A DNA stretch of 64,000 bases from Hyphomicrobiales bacterium (GTDB lineage Bacteria > Pseudomonadota > Alphaproteobacteria > Rhizobiales > Methyloligellaceae), in assembly GCA_038209695.1 (NCBI GenBank), contig JBBQXL010000005.1, forward strand, positions 2,181-66,180. The letters run 5' to 3'. Below, one piece after another: positions 29,726-40,725 of this stretch. The position numbers and the translations under genes were made by a program. How positions within the stretch are numbered: the first letter of the stretch is position 1; the number at the start of each line of letters is the position of its first letter. The notes beneath the pieces were generated by a model. That model was not told the DNA's origin, made no database searches, and saw only the letters and a list, made by a program, of their open reading frames with translations.

Positions 29726-31459
29726 ATGCGTGGTCGGTGGGTAATTGCCGCCCTTCTTGCGGCGGCTCCAGTCTTGCTGTTCGGCGCTGTGACGGTCCTG
29801 CCGGCATTGGCGCAGGACAATCCGGCGGCGGCTGAGGACGTCGCCGATCCGAACGCAGAGGGCACCGTCCCGGCCGAGCAGCAGGCCGATACGCCCGATG
29901 CCGCCATGCCCGCCGACGCCGGAACGGCGGAACAGGCAACCGCCCCCGCCGATTCGGACCAATCACCGACCGAGCAGCCGAGCGCCACGCCGGTTCAGAC
30001 CGTCGACATTCCCGCGCCGGCATCCCCGGTCGTTGAAGCGATCAGGACCAAGCTCGCCGATCCCGCCTTTCGCCAGGGTGCCTCGGCCGCGGATCTCGCG
30101 GCGCTGGAAGCCTTCTACAACGCGCATATCGAGCCGATCTGGATGACCGACATGGGCTTCTCGAGCGAAGCGCAAGCCGCCATCGACGAGGTGCTGCGTG
30201 CCGACGATTGGGGACTATCCGCCGCGGACTTTCAAATGCCTCCCGCGGGCGATCTTCCCGACTCGGTCGACGACCAGGCTGCAAACGAGATCAAACTCGA
30301 TCTCGCTATCCTGAAATATGCGCGTTACGCGCGCGGCGGCCGCACCGTGCCTGCCCAGCTTAGCAAGCTCTACGGGATGAGCCCGAGCTTGCGCGATCCG
30401 AAGGCGGTGTTGGTTGAGATCGCCGCTGCGCCGAAACCCGATGTCTATTTGCAGGGATTGCATCCCAAGCATGTGCAGTTCCAACGCTTGCATCAGGCGC
30501 TGCTCAAGGCACGCGCCGAAAGCGAAGCCGGCGCCAAGCCCGCCAATATGCAGAAGATCATTGTCAACATGGAGCGCTGGCGTTGGATGCCCGAAAATCT
30601 CGGGTCGCTTCATGTCCTACTGAACGTTCCCGCCTTTACCGTCTTTGTCGCTAGGGATGGCAAGGCGATCTATCAGGACAAGATCGTCGTGGGCGAGCTG
30701 AAATATGCGACGCCGGTGTTCTCCGCCGATCTGAAGTCGGTCGTGTTCAATCCTGAATGGACCGTGCCTCCGACCATCGTCAGGGAGAACCTGCTGCCGA
30801 AATTGCGGGGAGGGGGCGGCTTTTTCGGCGTCAACACCTCGATCCTCAAGCAGCACGGGCTCACCGTGAACTATAACGGCAAGCGTGTTGATCCGAGCTC
30901 GATCGATTGGAACCACGTCAACATGGGGGCGATCAGCTTCAACCAGGCGCCGGGCCCCGAGAATGTCCTCGGCAAGGTGAAGTTCGTCTATCCAAATCCC
31001 TATTCGGTCTACATGCACGACACGATCAAGGAAGGGTTGTTCAACAAGGATATGCGGGCCGAAGGGCATAATTGCCCGCGGGTCGAGCATCCCGGCAAGA
31101 TCGCCGCCGTGATCCTGGCGCAAGATCAGAACCTGCCCCAAGCTGAAGTCGATAAGCTGCTCGCGAGCGGTTATAACGCCGGGGTCAGCATCAAGAATGG
31201 CGTGCCCGTTCACACCGCCTATTTTACCGCCGTGGCCGATGAGCAGGGCAAGGTCGCGACCTTCCCCGACATCTACAAGCTCGACGCGCCGGTTGCCGCG
31301 GCGATCCTCGGCAAGACGGCGAAACCCGAGGCAGTGGCGGACAACGAGCCCAAGCCGGCCAAGCCGATCGCGGCGCCGGAAGCCGACCCCGCACCGACCT
31401 CTGCAATTCGTCGGCCGCCGCCGCCCCCCGCCGCAGGCTTCGCCGGCGCCGCGCCGTGA
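29726..31459 (+). CDS. L,D-transpeptidase, YcbB/LdtD-like
   Basis: Signal peptide, NMERWRW, NPEWTVP, LGKVKF, VYMHDT...GHNCPRV catalytic His/Cys; Ala/Pro-rich linkers. Confidence 0.88.
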   Translation: MRGRWVIAALLAAAPVLLFGAVTVLPALAQDNPAAAEDVADPNAEGTVPAEQQADTPDAAMPADAGTAEQATAPADSDQSPTEQPSATPVQTVDIPAPASPVVEAIRTKLADPAFRQGASAADLAALEAFYNAHIEPIWMTDMGFSSEAQAAIDEVLRADDWGLSAADFQMPPAGDLPDSVDDQAANEIKLDLAILKYARYARGGRTVPAQLSKLYGMSPSLRDPKAVLVEIAAAPKPDVYLQGLHPKHVQFQRLHQALLKARAESEAGAKPANMQKIIVNMERWRWMPENLGSLHVLLNVPAFTVFVARDGKAIYQDKIVVGELKYATPVFSADLKSVVFNPEWTVPPTIVRENLLPKLRGGGGFFGVNTSILKQHGLTVNYNGKRVDPSSIDWNHVNMGAISFNQAPGPENVLGKVKFVYPNPYSVYMHDTIKEGLFNKDMRAEGHNCPRVEHPGKIAAVILAQDQNLPQAEVDKLLASGYNAGVSIKNGVPVHTAYFTAVADEQGKVATFPDIYKLDAPVAAAILGKTAKPEAVADNEPKPAKPIAAPEADPAPTSAIRRPPPPPAAGFAGAAP

Positions 31460-31572
31460 ACCGGCGGATTTAGGCCAGCGGCTCGTCCTTGAAGCTTTAT
31501 CCGGTGCGAGGGGCGCCGTCTTTTGCTAGGCTTCAGCGCCGGTCTAGGCGTGCTCGGCAAAGGAGCATCGGC

Positions 31573-31770
31573 GTGCAGTCGCAATTCACGGTCGGAATAA
31601 GTGTCGAGGGCAAAGGCGACCGGCTGGTGGTCAGGGCCGAAGACGCTCTGATCGCCGCGCTGAAGGTCAAGGCCGAGCGGCCCGAGGCCGTGATTACCTA
31701 TGTCCGCCGCCTGAACCGCCGGGGCGATCAGCGCCATCCGCCGCACCGGCTGGTTGACACCCGCGCCTAG
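31573..31770 (+). CDS. Small conserved hypothetical protein
   Basis: AGGAG RBS with GTG start; AEDALIAALKVK...ITYVRR. Confidence 0.7.
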   Translation: MQSQFTVGISVEGKGDRLVVRAEDALIAALKVKAERPEAVITYVRRLNRRGDQRHPPHRLVDTRA

Positions 31771-33104
31771 CGCGTCCGCTGCACCAAGGCATAGACGGCG
31801 AGCGCGCCGAGGAGCAGACCGCCGGCCAGGAGCGGCGCCTCGAAGTCGCCGGTCGCGACCCGCACCACGATCAGCACGAAACACACCAGCGTGCCGAGCG
31901 CCGGCAGGAAGCGCGGTATCTCGAACCGTCCGCGGTGCTCGCCCTGGCGGCCCTTCAGGATGAACAGCGCACCGTTCACCACCATGAACACCAGCAACAG
32001 CAGCAGCACCGTCGCCGCCGCGAGCTCGGCGATCGTGCCCACGAGCGCTAGCGGCGCCAGCACCACTAACAGGGCAATGACGGCGACATGCGGTGTCTGC
32101 CGTTTGGCGTGAACGTGGCCGAGGCCCGACGGCAGCATTCCCTGGCGGGCCATGCCGTAGATGAGGCGCGAGGCGGTGATGTAGTTGACCAGCGCGGTGT
32201 TGGCCACGGCGAACAGCGTGATCGCGGTGAACACCACCGGCGAGATCGACGGGGCCGCGCGCGCCATCACCTCGGTGATCGGACCCTGCGCTTCCGCCAG
32301 CTCGATCCACGGCACCACCGAGACGGCGGTGACCGCGACGGCGATATAGAGGATCGCCGCGGCGGCCATGGCCAGGATCAGGCCGAGGGGGAGAGTGCGC
32401 TCCGGCTCGCGAACCTCCTCGGCTACGTTGTACATGTCCTCGAAGCCGATAAAGGCGAAGAAGGCGAGCACCGCGCCCTGCATGACCAGCAGGATGGCGT
32501 GGTCGCTGCCGGGCAGCGCCGGCGTCTCCAAATAATCGACCGAACCCCAATAGGACATGCCGGCCAGGATCACCAGGATCAGTCCGCCGGCCTCGACCAG
32601 CGTGCACAGCACATTGACCCACATCGACTCGCGGATGCCGCGGAACACCAGCCCGGTCAGGATCAGCAGGAAGCCAAGCGCCAGCAGTGGCACCGGCAGG
32701 CTCTCGATGCCCAACAACGTGGCGAGATTGGCGGCGAATACCTGACTTTGCGTGGCGATCGAGGTGAGCCCCGAACAGACCAGCGCGAGCCCGACCATGA
32801 GGCTCAGCAGTGGAAAGCCATAAGCTCGCTGGGTGACATAGGCCGCGCCGGCGGCGCGCGGATAGCGCGAGCCGAGCGAGGCGTAGGACAGCGCGGTGAG
32901 CAGCGCCGCGACCAGGGCGACGAGGAAGGAGATCCATACCGCGTTGCCGGCCTGCCCGGCGGCCTTGCCGATCAAGCCGTATATGCCGGCGCCGAGCATG
33001 CTGCCGAGACCGTACAGCGCCATCTGCACCGGCCCGATGGAGCGGCGAAGCTTGGGCTCCTCCGCGGCGGATGCCGCGCTCGCGGTGTCGGATTCATCGC
33101 TCAT
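31767..33104 (-). CDS. APC family amino acid permease
   Basis: GSMLGAGIY, AFFAFIGFED, AEE motif; about 12 TM segments. Confidence 0.9.
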   Translation of the reverse strand: MSDESDTASAASAAEEPKLRRSIGPVQMALYGLGSMLGAGIYGLIGKAAGQAGNAVWISFLVALVAALLTALSYASLGSRYPRAAGAAYVTQRAYGFPLLSLMVGLALVCSGLTSIATQSQVFAANLATLLGIESLPVPLLALGFLLILTGLVFRGIRESMWVNVLCTLVEAGGLILVILAGMSYWGSVDYLETPALPGSDHAILLVMQGAVLAFFAFIGFEDMYNVAEEVREPERTLPLGLILAMAAAAILYIAVAVTAVSVVPWIELAEAQGPITEVMARAAPSISPVVFTAITLFAVANTALVNYITASRLIYGMARQGMLPSGLGHVHAKRQTPHVAVIALLVVLAPLALVGTIAELAAATVLLLLLVFMVVNGALFILKGRQGEHRGRFEIPRFLPALGTLVCFVLIVVRVATGDFEAPLLAGGLLLGALAVYALVQRTR

Positions 33105-33353
33105 GCGCCGCGACCCTAACATGCGGCCCCAGCCTGTCCTCCGTGGGGGGCTAAGTTTTCCGCCTTGTAAAGGCCGCGATCTTAGCCTATGTAATGTGCA
33201 TCGACATTTGGCCGGACCATGTGGCCGTTTCGCCTTAGCTGATAGCCAGGCGCACGTTCAGACCCTCCAAACATCGACGAACTCGCTTCAGGTCGGGCCA
33301 AGGCTCGGTCTTTAGCAGAACTGCAACTGACTACAGCGAAAGGACGACCCCTT

Positions 33354-33563
33354 ATGACTAAGGGTACTGTGAAATTCTACAACGAGCAAAAGGGCTTCGG
33401 CTTCATCGAGCCGGAAGACGGTAGCAAAGACGTGTTTGTTCATGCCACCGCGCTGGAGCGCGCCGGCATCAGCAGGCTGGTCGAAGGCCAGAAGGTCTCT
33501 TTTGACACCGAGCTGGACAGCCGCAGCGGCAAGACCGCCGTGGCCACGATCGAAGCCCTCTAG
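33354..33563 (+). CDS. Cold-shock protein (CspA family)
   Basis: KGFGFI (RNP1) and VFVH (RNP2) motifs; long 5' leader. Confidence 0.95.
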   Translation: MTKGTVKFYNEQKGFGFIEPEDGSKDVFVHATALERAGISRLVEGQKVSFDTELDSRSGKTAVATIEAL

Positions 33564-33596
33564 TCCTTACGGACGACACGAGCTTTGATGAATTGA

Positions 33597-33630
33597 GAGC
33601 CGTCCCCTTCGGGGGACGGCTTGTTAGTTT
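33597..33630 (+). terminator. Rho-independent terminator with C(UUCG)G loop
   Basis: GAGCCGTCCCC-TTCG-GGGGACGGCTT followed by GTTAGTTT. Confidence 0.85.
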
Positions 33631-33944
33631 TAGGGAACTTGGCTGACACGCCGCTCGTCGGTGGTGGGAATTAGCCACACCGTGACGCTGTCCGCGTCCT
33701 CGAATGGATCGGACCCGGCCGCCTCGTCACTCAACTTGCTCCAAATCGTCGCTTGTTTAGCGCTGGCTCGGCGCGCGGTGATCTGCGCCTGGCCGTTCCA
33801 GATGCGCCTACCGCCGCTGTGAAGCGTCTCCAGCGTGTGGCGCATGACGGCATGAATATCGAGCCAGGCTTGGGCGTTGACGTCGTCGACCGCGCGAAAG
33901 GCGAAGATCGCCCGGCCGTCGATCTCTGCGATATAGGTCTGCAT
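33630..33944 (-). CDS. Hypothetical protein
   Basis: 104-aa ORF with AGAGG RBS, co-oriented downstream of 33993..34286. Confidence 0.65.
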   Translation of the reverse strand: MQTYIAEIDGRAIFAFRAVDDVNAQAWLDIHAVMRHTLETLHSGGRRIWNGQAQITARRASAKQATIWSKLSDEAAGSDPFEDADSVTVWLIPTTDERRVSQVP

Positions 33945-33992
33945 GGAACCTCTTTGAGTCCAGCCGAGCCTATCAGCCGCCGACGGCGGGCG

Positions 33993-34286
33993 CTATGCCG
34001 CTCGCTTGCTCTTGCTTTTAGTCTTGGTGGGGGTTTTGGCCGCCCCTGCGCGCGGCAGTGGAAAGTCGGCGCTCTCGTATAGACGCCTGATGCCGCGGCT
34101 GTCGAAGCGCGCCTCCTCGACCTCGAGATAGGTGCCCAACAGACAATCGGCCGGCAGCTCCTCGATGGCGAAGCGCACGGCCTCGGCGGCCTCGTCGAAG
34201 CGCTTATAGGTAATCCCGCGCGAACGGGCCTTCCAGCTCCGGGTGGGGAACAGCTCGGCTTCTGCCGTGTAATCGAAATTGGACAT
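33993..34286 (-). CDS. Conserved Hyphomicrobiales hypothetical protein
   Basis: [11 protein letters not shown]...[19 protein letters not shown]...IRRLYES; basic tail. Confidence 0.8.
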   Translation of the reverse strand: MSNFDYTAEAELFPTRSWKARSRGITYKRFDEAAEAVRFAIEELPADCLLGTYLEVEEARFDSRGIRRLYESADFPLPRAGAAKTPTKTKSKSKRAA

Positions 34287-34496
34287 GACGCTTCACCTTC
34301 AATCAGTCGTTAGAATAAGGCCTCCATCCCCCAAATGCGGGGCGGGCGGCCGCTCCATCATGGTTAGAAGCCGGCTAACACCGACGGCCAGTCAGCAGAG
34401 TGCTCGATCTCCGCTGATGAACATCCGAACTGGCTGTCCGCTCCAAATTTTTGGGACAACAAGATCTGAATGGGCCCCAGTGGGGGCAGAGACTAA

Positions 34497-34525
34497 ATAT
34501 AGTGCTTTATCGCGCTAAAATCTAG
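34497..34525 (-). promoter_or_regulatory. Putative sigma70 promoter with about 200-nt leader
   Basis: CTAGAT-N17-CTATAT versus rhizobial consensus CTTGAC-N17-CTATAT. Confidence 0.55.
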
Positions 34526-34608
34526 TGGCCGAAAAAATTCATTCGAGCATTTCCTGGAACGCCAAAAGAGTTCTTCCAGCTGCGTGGATATCTGCCCAAA
34601 CGTCTTGG

Positions 34609-35366
34609 TTAGCTCTTCAGCCGGTATCCGGTCTTGAAGATCCACCACACCAAGGCCAGGCAGATGGCAAGGAACAGGCCGACCATGGCCAAACTGATGG
34701 CCGGGCTCACATCGGACACCTCGAAGAAGCTCCAGCGGAAGCCGCTGATCAAATAGACCACCGGATTGAACAGCGTGACCGTCTGCCAGAACGGCGGCAG
34801 GATATGGATAGAGTAGAACGTGCCGCCGAGAAAGGTGAGCGGGGTGATGATGAGCAGCGGCACCAGCTGTAGCTTCTCGAAGCCGTCGGCCCATAGCCCG
34901 ATCACGAAGCCGAGCAGGCTGAAAGTCAGCGCGGTGAGCACCAAAAAGCCGACCATCCACACCGGATGGGCAATATGGAGCGGCACGAACAGCCAGGCGG
35001 TGGCGAGGATGACCAAGCCGAGCAGAATGGACTTGGTCGCCGCCGCGCCGACATAGCCGATGACGATTTCGATCGCCGAGATCGGCGCCGACAACAGCTC
35101 ATAGATCGTGCCGGTGAAGCGCGGGAAATAGATGCCGAACGAGGCATTCGCCACGCTCTGGGTGAGCAGCGTCAGCATGACCAGGCCCGGCACGATGAAC
35201 ACGCCATAGGGCACGCCGTCGATCTCGCTGATGCGCGAACCGATGGCCGCCCCGAACACCACGAAATAGAGCGAGGTGGCGATCACCGGCGACACGATGC
35301 TTTGCAGGAAGGTGCGCCCCCAGCGCGCCATCTCGAATTTATAGATCGCCTTGATCGCCGGGAGGT

Positions 35367-35370
<4 letters not shown>
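34609..35370 (-). CDS. ABC-2 transporter permease (YadH-like)
   Basis: [40 protein letters not shown]. Confidence 0.9.
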
Positions 35371-36293
<923 letters not shown>

Positions 36294-36374
36294 GGCGGAG
36301 TGGCAACAGGGCAGGAGAGGAGGCGTATAGAGGCTTCTTATACGGCAATAATAGGGTCGAGGCGCCCTATGGTC

Positions 36375-36776
36375 TCACACGCTTTCCAGCCGGAAGTGCT
36401 CGACCACGCTCGGCTGAATGGCGCGGGCATGCAGCATCAGCAGCACCAATCTTGCGTCGAGGCTAGCGCCTTCGTCCAGCGCCGCATCGATCCGCCGCTC
36501 GACCTGGCCCGCAAGCGCGGAGCTGTTGGCACCGGCAAAGGATGGCGCGCCGATCATGCAATAGGCGATCATCTCGGCCGCCGCCCGGTAGGCTTGCGGC
36601 GCTGGGTCGGAGCCGGGCGCCTGCTCCTTGAGCATCTTCACCGCCGCCAGTCTAACCGCGTCCGGCACCAGGTTGGGATGCAGGTCGACCGAGCGCAGCG
36701 CGCCATCGAACTCGCGCAGCTCCGCCGAACGGCCGAACCTGCCGAACAGACCGAGAGACAATCCGCGTTGTAACAT
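36375..36776 (-). CDS. Conserved hypothetical protein
   Basis: FGRSAELREFDGALRSVDLHP...; co-oriented between the sugar dehydrogenase and ABC genes. Confidence 0.7.
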   Translation of the reverse strand: MLQRGLSLGLFGRFGRSAELREFDGALRSVDLHPNLVPDAVRLAAVKMLKEQAPGSDPAPQAYRAAAEMIAYCMIGAPSFAGANSSALAGQVERRIDAALDEGASLDARLVLLMLHARAIQPSVVEHFRLESV

Positions 36777-36812
36777 TAGTGATCCCTCGCCCACGAGCTC
36801 GCGCCGCAGAGC

Positions 36813-37982
36813 CTAGCTGCGCGGGCCGGCGGGCGTAAGCCGGAGGATCTTGCCTTTTTGGGAGTCGGTGAGGGCGTAGACGGCGCCGTCCGGTCCTTGC
36901 ACCACGTCGCGGATGCGGGCGCCCATGTCGATCCGCTCTTCGTCGGTCACCTTTTCGCCGTCGAGGGTCAGCCGCACGATCCCCTGCGCGGACAGGCTGG
37001 CGATCAGCAAATTGCCTTTCCAATCCGGAAAAATGTCGGCGGTGTAGAACGTGATGCCAGAGGGCGAGATCACCGGGGTCCAGTGATAGATGGCGTCGCT
37101 GAATTCGGGGTGAGTCGGCGGATCGGGGATTTCGGTGCCGTCGTAATTGTTGCCCCAGCTCACCACCGGCCAGCCGTAATTCTTGCCGGCTTGCGGAATG
37201 TTCAGCTCGTCGCCACCGAGCGGGCCGAATTCTGTCTCCCACAATTTTCCGGTCTCGGGGTGAATGGCGGCGCCCTGTATGTTGCGGTGACCATAGGACC
37301 AGATCTCGGGCAGCTTGCCGTCCTGTCCGACAAAGGGATTGTCGTCGGGCACCGAGCCGTCCGGATTGATACGCACGATCTTGCCGAGATCGACCGATAG
37401 GTCTTGCGCCGGACCGAACGTGAAGCGCTCGCCGAGGGTCACGAACAGCTTGCCGTCGGGAGCAAACACCAGGCGGCCGCCGAAATGGTTGCCGCCGCCG
37501 ACCTTGGGCTTTTGCCTGAAGATCACTTCGACATCGTCGAGGCTACCGTCGCCGAGCTTGCCACGCGCCACCGCCGTTCCCATGCCGCCTTCGCCACGCT
37601 CGGCATAGGCCAGATAGACCCGTTGGTTCGACGTGAACTTGGGATCGAGCGCGATGCCAAGCAGCCCGCCTTGTCCCTGGCCAAATACTTCGGGCACGCC
37701 CTTGAAGGGTTCGGAGACCGTGCCGCCCTTGGCGACGATGCGGAGTCGCCCCGGCCGTTCGGTCACGAGCATGCGCCCATCGGGCAGGAAGGCGAGGCCC
37801 CAGGGAAACTGGAGCTTGTTCGCCACCGTCTCGACTTTGATGGTGCCGCCCTTGGTTTCGATTGTGGCATCCGCGGCGACGCTGGGTTGCGAACATGCCG
37901 ACAGCGACACCGTCGCCACCAGACAGCTCGCCATCAGCTTGCTGCGGAAAAACGCTTCACGTTGCAACGCGATGTGACTCAC
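36813..37982 (-). CDS. PQQ-dependent aldose sugar dehydrogenase (YliI-like), probable lipoprotein
   Basis: PWGLAFLPDG, GQGGLL, HFGGR, GHRNIQG, NYGWP. GTG start after GGAGGA; LSAC lipobox. Confidence 0.9.
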   Translation of the reverse strand: MSHIALQREAFFRSKLMASCLVATVSLSACSQPSVAADATIETKGGTIKVETVANKLQFPWGLAFLPDGRMLVTERPGRLRIVAKGGTVSEPFKGVPEVFGQGQGGLLGIALDPKFTSNQRVYLAYAERGEGGMGTAVARGKLGDGSLDDVEVIFRQKPKVGGGNHFGGRLVFAPDGKLFVTLGERFTFGPAQDLSVDLGKIVRINPDGSVPDDNPFVGQDGKLPEIWSYGHRNIQGAAIHPETGKLWETEFGPLGGDELNIPQAGKNYGWPVVSWGNNYDGTEIPDPPTHPEFSDAIYHWTPVISPSGITFYTADIFPDWKGNLLIASLSAQGIVRLTLDGEKVTDEERIDMGARIRDVVQGPDGAVYALTDSQKGKILRLTPAGPRS

Positions 37983-38014
37983 AATTGTCCTCCGGCTTGC
38001 GGCGATTCTATTGC

Positions 38015-38039
38015 AACGTCTCCAGGCATTATAAGTTCT
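38015..38039 (-). promoter_or_regulatory. Putative EcfG (general stress sigma) promoter
   Basis: AGAAC-N16-CGTT, one mismatch to GGAAC-N16/17-CGTT. Confidence 0.55.
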
Positions 38040-38064
38040 CATTTCCGGCAATACGCCGTGAGAA

Positions 38065-39072
38065 TCACCCGCGCCCGGCCTTGACGCGTAAACCTGGAGC
38101 CGGGCGCTCCAGCACCACCTCGCGGCGGAACCGATAGAGCCGGGCAGGGCGCCCGCCGGCCGCGGTGGACATGTTACCGGTGGTCTCGACCAGGCCGCCC
38201 TGTTCGACCAGCCGGCGGAAATTCTGTTTGTGCAGCAGCGTGCCGAAGATCGCCTCGACCGTCTTTTGCAGGTCGTAAAGGGTGAACTCAGGCGGCAATA
38301 GCTCGAACACTACCGGGCGATATTTCAGCTTGCCGCGTAAGCGCCCCAGCGCGGTGGCGAGGATGCGGCGATGGTCGAACGCCATGGGGCGCGCGAACTC
38401 GGGCAGGTCCGACCATTGCTCCGCGGTGTGACGCCCGTCGCGCTCGGCCTCAGGCACCAGTCCCGCTTCGTACAGCAGCTCGTAGCGCTCGAGCACCCGC
38501 TCCTCGTCCCATCCTCCACCGATGCCGAACGAGATCCGCAGGCGCTCGGAGCGTCGCAGCGCGCGCACGGGCTCGTCGCGCAGGGGCGGCCGGTCGGCCC
38601 ATTCCTTGAGTCTCGGCTCGATCTCGGTCGATAGAATGTCGGGCTTGCCCTTGCGCCAGTCCTCCCAGGGGAAATAGGAGTACCACGGCGACCAGTGCGA
38701 CCCGAGCAGCTCGTCGTCCGCCTCGCGGGTCAGCGCCAGATAGCCGACCGAGAGCGTGTGCTGCCCTCCGGGCTCGGTATGCCGGCCCCGGTCGCCGAAC
38801 GTATAGAGCTGCTCCACATAGCCGAGCTCGAGTCCGGTCTGCCGCTTCACCCATTCGCGCAAGCCAATCTCAAGCGTGCGGTGAGCGCGCGGCGCGAACG
38901 GGCCGAACGGAAGCGCGTCCCACGCGCCCGATCCCGCCGTGCCGGGACGCACCACTAGGATATAAGGCTGGCCCTCGCGCACCGTGACGATGGCGGCGTT
39001 AAGCCCCAGCTCGATTTGCGGACCGGCGCTGTGCGTTTCCTGAGCGGCAACCGATTTCGGTCTTGCTGCCAT
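38065..39072 (-). CDS. nadQ: NAD biosynthesis regulator NadQ (Nudix-like domain plus winged HTH)
   Basis: LPFGPF, GYVEQLYTFGDRGR, VLERYELLYEAGL, DHRRILATA, HKQNFRRLV, GGRPA; cognate boxes present at nadA. Confidence 0.88.
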   Translation of the reverse strand: MAARPKSVAAQETHSAGPQIELGLNAAIVTVREGQPYILVVRPGTAGSGAWDALPFGPFAPRAHRTLEIGLREWVKRQTGLELGYVEQLYTFGDRGRHTEPGGQHTLSVGYLALTREADDELLGSHWSPWYSYFPWEDWRKGKPDILSTEIEPRLKEWADRPPLRDEPVRALRRSERLRISFGIGGGWDEERVLERYELLYEAGLVPEAERDGRHTAEQWSDLPEFARPMAFDHRRILATALGRLRGKLKYRPVVFELLPPEFTLYDLQKTVEAIFGTLLHKQNFRRLVEQGGLVETTGNMSTAAGGRPARLYRFRREVVLERPAPGLRVKAGRG

Positions 39073-39080
39073 GGCGGTGG

Positions 39081-39608
39081 TTAGGCGGCGAGAAGCGCCG
39101 GCAACGCAAACACCTCGGCTTGCTCGGCGACCTTGCCGCGGCCGATATCCTCGACCGCAGTGATCATCCGGCCGTCCCGTGACAACACCTCGTCGGCCAG
39201 CGCGACCAGCAGGCGGTTGGGATAGGCGGTCGGGGAGGCGCGGCGCAGCGTGCGCGCCAACTCAAGCTCGGCGCCTTCGGGGTTCAGCGCGCATAGCGAG
39301 ATGAACGCCGCCGCGGTGGAGCGGCTGATGCCGGCCCAGCAATGAATGAGCAGCGGCGCCTGCCGGTCCCAATCGCGCGCGAATTTGATCAGGTCGGCGA
39401 CATGATTCTCGCAAGGCAGCACCAGGCCGGGCCGGGGCTCGCAGATATCGTTCATGGCCAGCCGCAAATGCCGGTCGGGCCCGATGCCGGGCGGCGTGTC
39501 GATCAGGGTCTCGCCGTTGATCAGCGTCACCAGATGGCTGACATTGACGTCGGTGACCGTGGTCTCGACCAGGCTCAACGGCGCGACATAGATGGTCTTG
39601 GGGCTCAT
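39081..39608 (-). CDS. Protein-tyrosine-phosphatase-like protein
   Basis: HCWAGISRS (CX5R) P-loop. Confidence 0.85.
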   Translation of the reverse strand: MSPKTIYVAPLSLVETTVTDVNVSHLVTLINGETLIDTPPGIGPDRHLRLAMNDICEPRPGLVLPCENHVADLIKFARDWDRQAPLLIHCWAGISRSTAAAFISLCALNPEGAELELARTLRRASPTAYPNRLLVALADEVLSRDGRMITAVEDIGRGKVAEQAEVFALPALLAA

Positions 39609-39697
39609 GCTGGGGGCACTCTAGTCGTTTCTCTGGGCAAAATCAGCGTGGTCATTGTTCGCAGTGCTTTCGGGTCAGAAATCTCGGCCGTGACGCA

Positions 39698-40312
39698 TCA
39701 CTGATGGAGCTCATTGAATCGCTTCAGAAACTCGACCTCTCCTTGTGCCGCAGGAAGCGGGCTTAAGTGCGACAGACGATTGACGAGAGCTGGACTCAAG
39801 CCCCGCGGCTGGCCGAAAAAGCGACGCGCCTCAGACCGCGAAAACCCGGCTAAACAGGTGGCCTCGTAGTAGGCGGCGATCTTATCAGCCCGCTTGATCA
39901 ACTTCGTGACATCTTCGGGCAGGTCCCCCGGAACGCTGAAGCGAATATGGACGGCGGCGAGCAGCCTGGCCTCGAACGCGCGATAATCGAGCGACAACGC
40001 CGCCTTGAACGGGCTGATCAGGTCGCCGATGACATATTCCGGCGCGTCGTGGATCAGCGCCGCCAGCCTGAACTGCCGGTCGAGCCTGGGCTCGAGCTCG
40101 GTGACGATACGCTCGACCAGGAGACTATGCTCGGCCACCGAGAACGCATGCTCGCCGTTGGTCTGACCGTTCCAGCGCGCGACTCGGGCCAGCCCGTGCG
40201 CAATGTCCTCGACCTCGATGTCGAGCGGCGAGGGATCGAGCAGGTCGAGTCGCCGCCCGCTCAACATGCGCTGCCAAGCGCGTGCCCCGGTATCGGCGAC
40301 GACGCTACGCAT
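39698..40312 (-). CDS. HD-domain phosphohydrolase (YfbR-like)
   Basis: FSVAEHS, HDAPEY, KRAD motifs. Confidence 0.87.
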   Translation of the reverse strand: MRSVVADTGARAWQRMLSGRRLDLLDPSPLDIEVEDIAHGLARVARWNGQTNGEHAFSVAEHSLLVERIVTELEPRLDRQFRLAALIHDAPEYVIGDLISPFKAALSLDYRAFEARLLAAVHIRFSVPGDLPEDVTKLIKRADKIAAYYEATCLAGFSRSEARRFFGQPRGLSPALVNRLSHLSPLPAAQGEVEFLKRFNELHQ

Positions 40313-40485
40313 GGACTATCCAATCCTCGGCGAGAAACGGTGCAGGATCATCAGATTGGTCTAGGGTGAATAATTGTCGAGTCACGTCACGAAGAAGTAG
40401 ACTAAAAGCGCTCGGAATGTCATTCATTGCGACGATTGTCACCTAATATCGGGATCAACCTAACTTCGAGACTCGGGAGACGCAC

Positions 40486-40725
40486 ATGGCCAAACAGCCT
40501 AGATATTCCCTCGTGCATAACGAAAAGTCGAAAAAGTGGGAGCTGAAGCACGAAGGCTCGGGGCAAGTCGTCAAGCGGTTTGCCACCAAGGCTGCGGCCA
40601 CCAAGGGCGGAGTCTTGGAGAGAGCCGTTAAGGGCATGGGCTCGGTTCGCATCAGAAAGCGTAACGGCAAGATCCAAGAAGAGCGCACCTATCCGCGCAG
40701 CATGGATCCGCGCTCTAAGGGTTAG
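40486..40725 (+). CDS. DUF2188-family small basic protein
   Basis: W-x-LK...GSVRIRKRNGKIQEERTYPRSMDP; GGGAG RBS. Confidence 0.8.
   Translation: MAKQPRYSLVHNEKSKKWELKHEGSGQVVKRFATKAAATKGGVLERAVKGMGSVRIRKRNGKIQEERTYPRSMDPRSKG

Noticed and set aside
29820-31459. Ala/Pro-rich repeats in the L,D-transpeptidase
   Set aside because: Low-complexity linkers without a true tandem DNA repeat.
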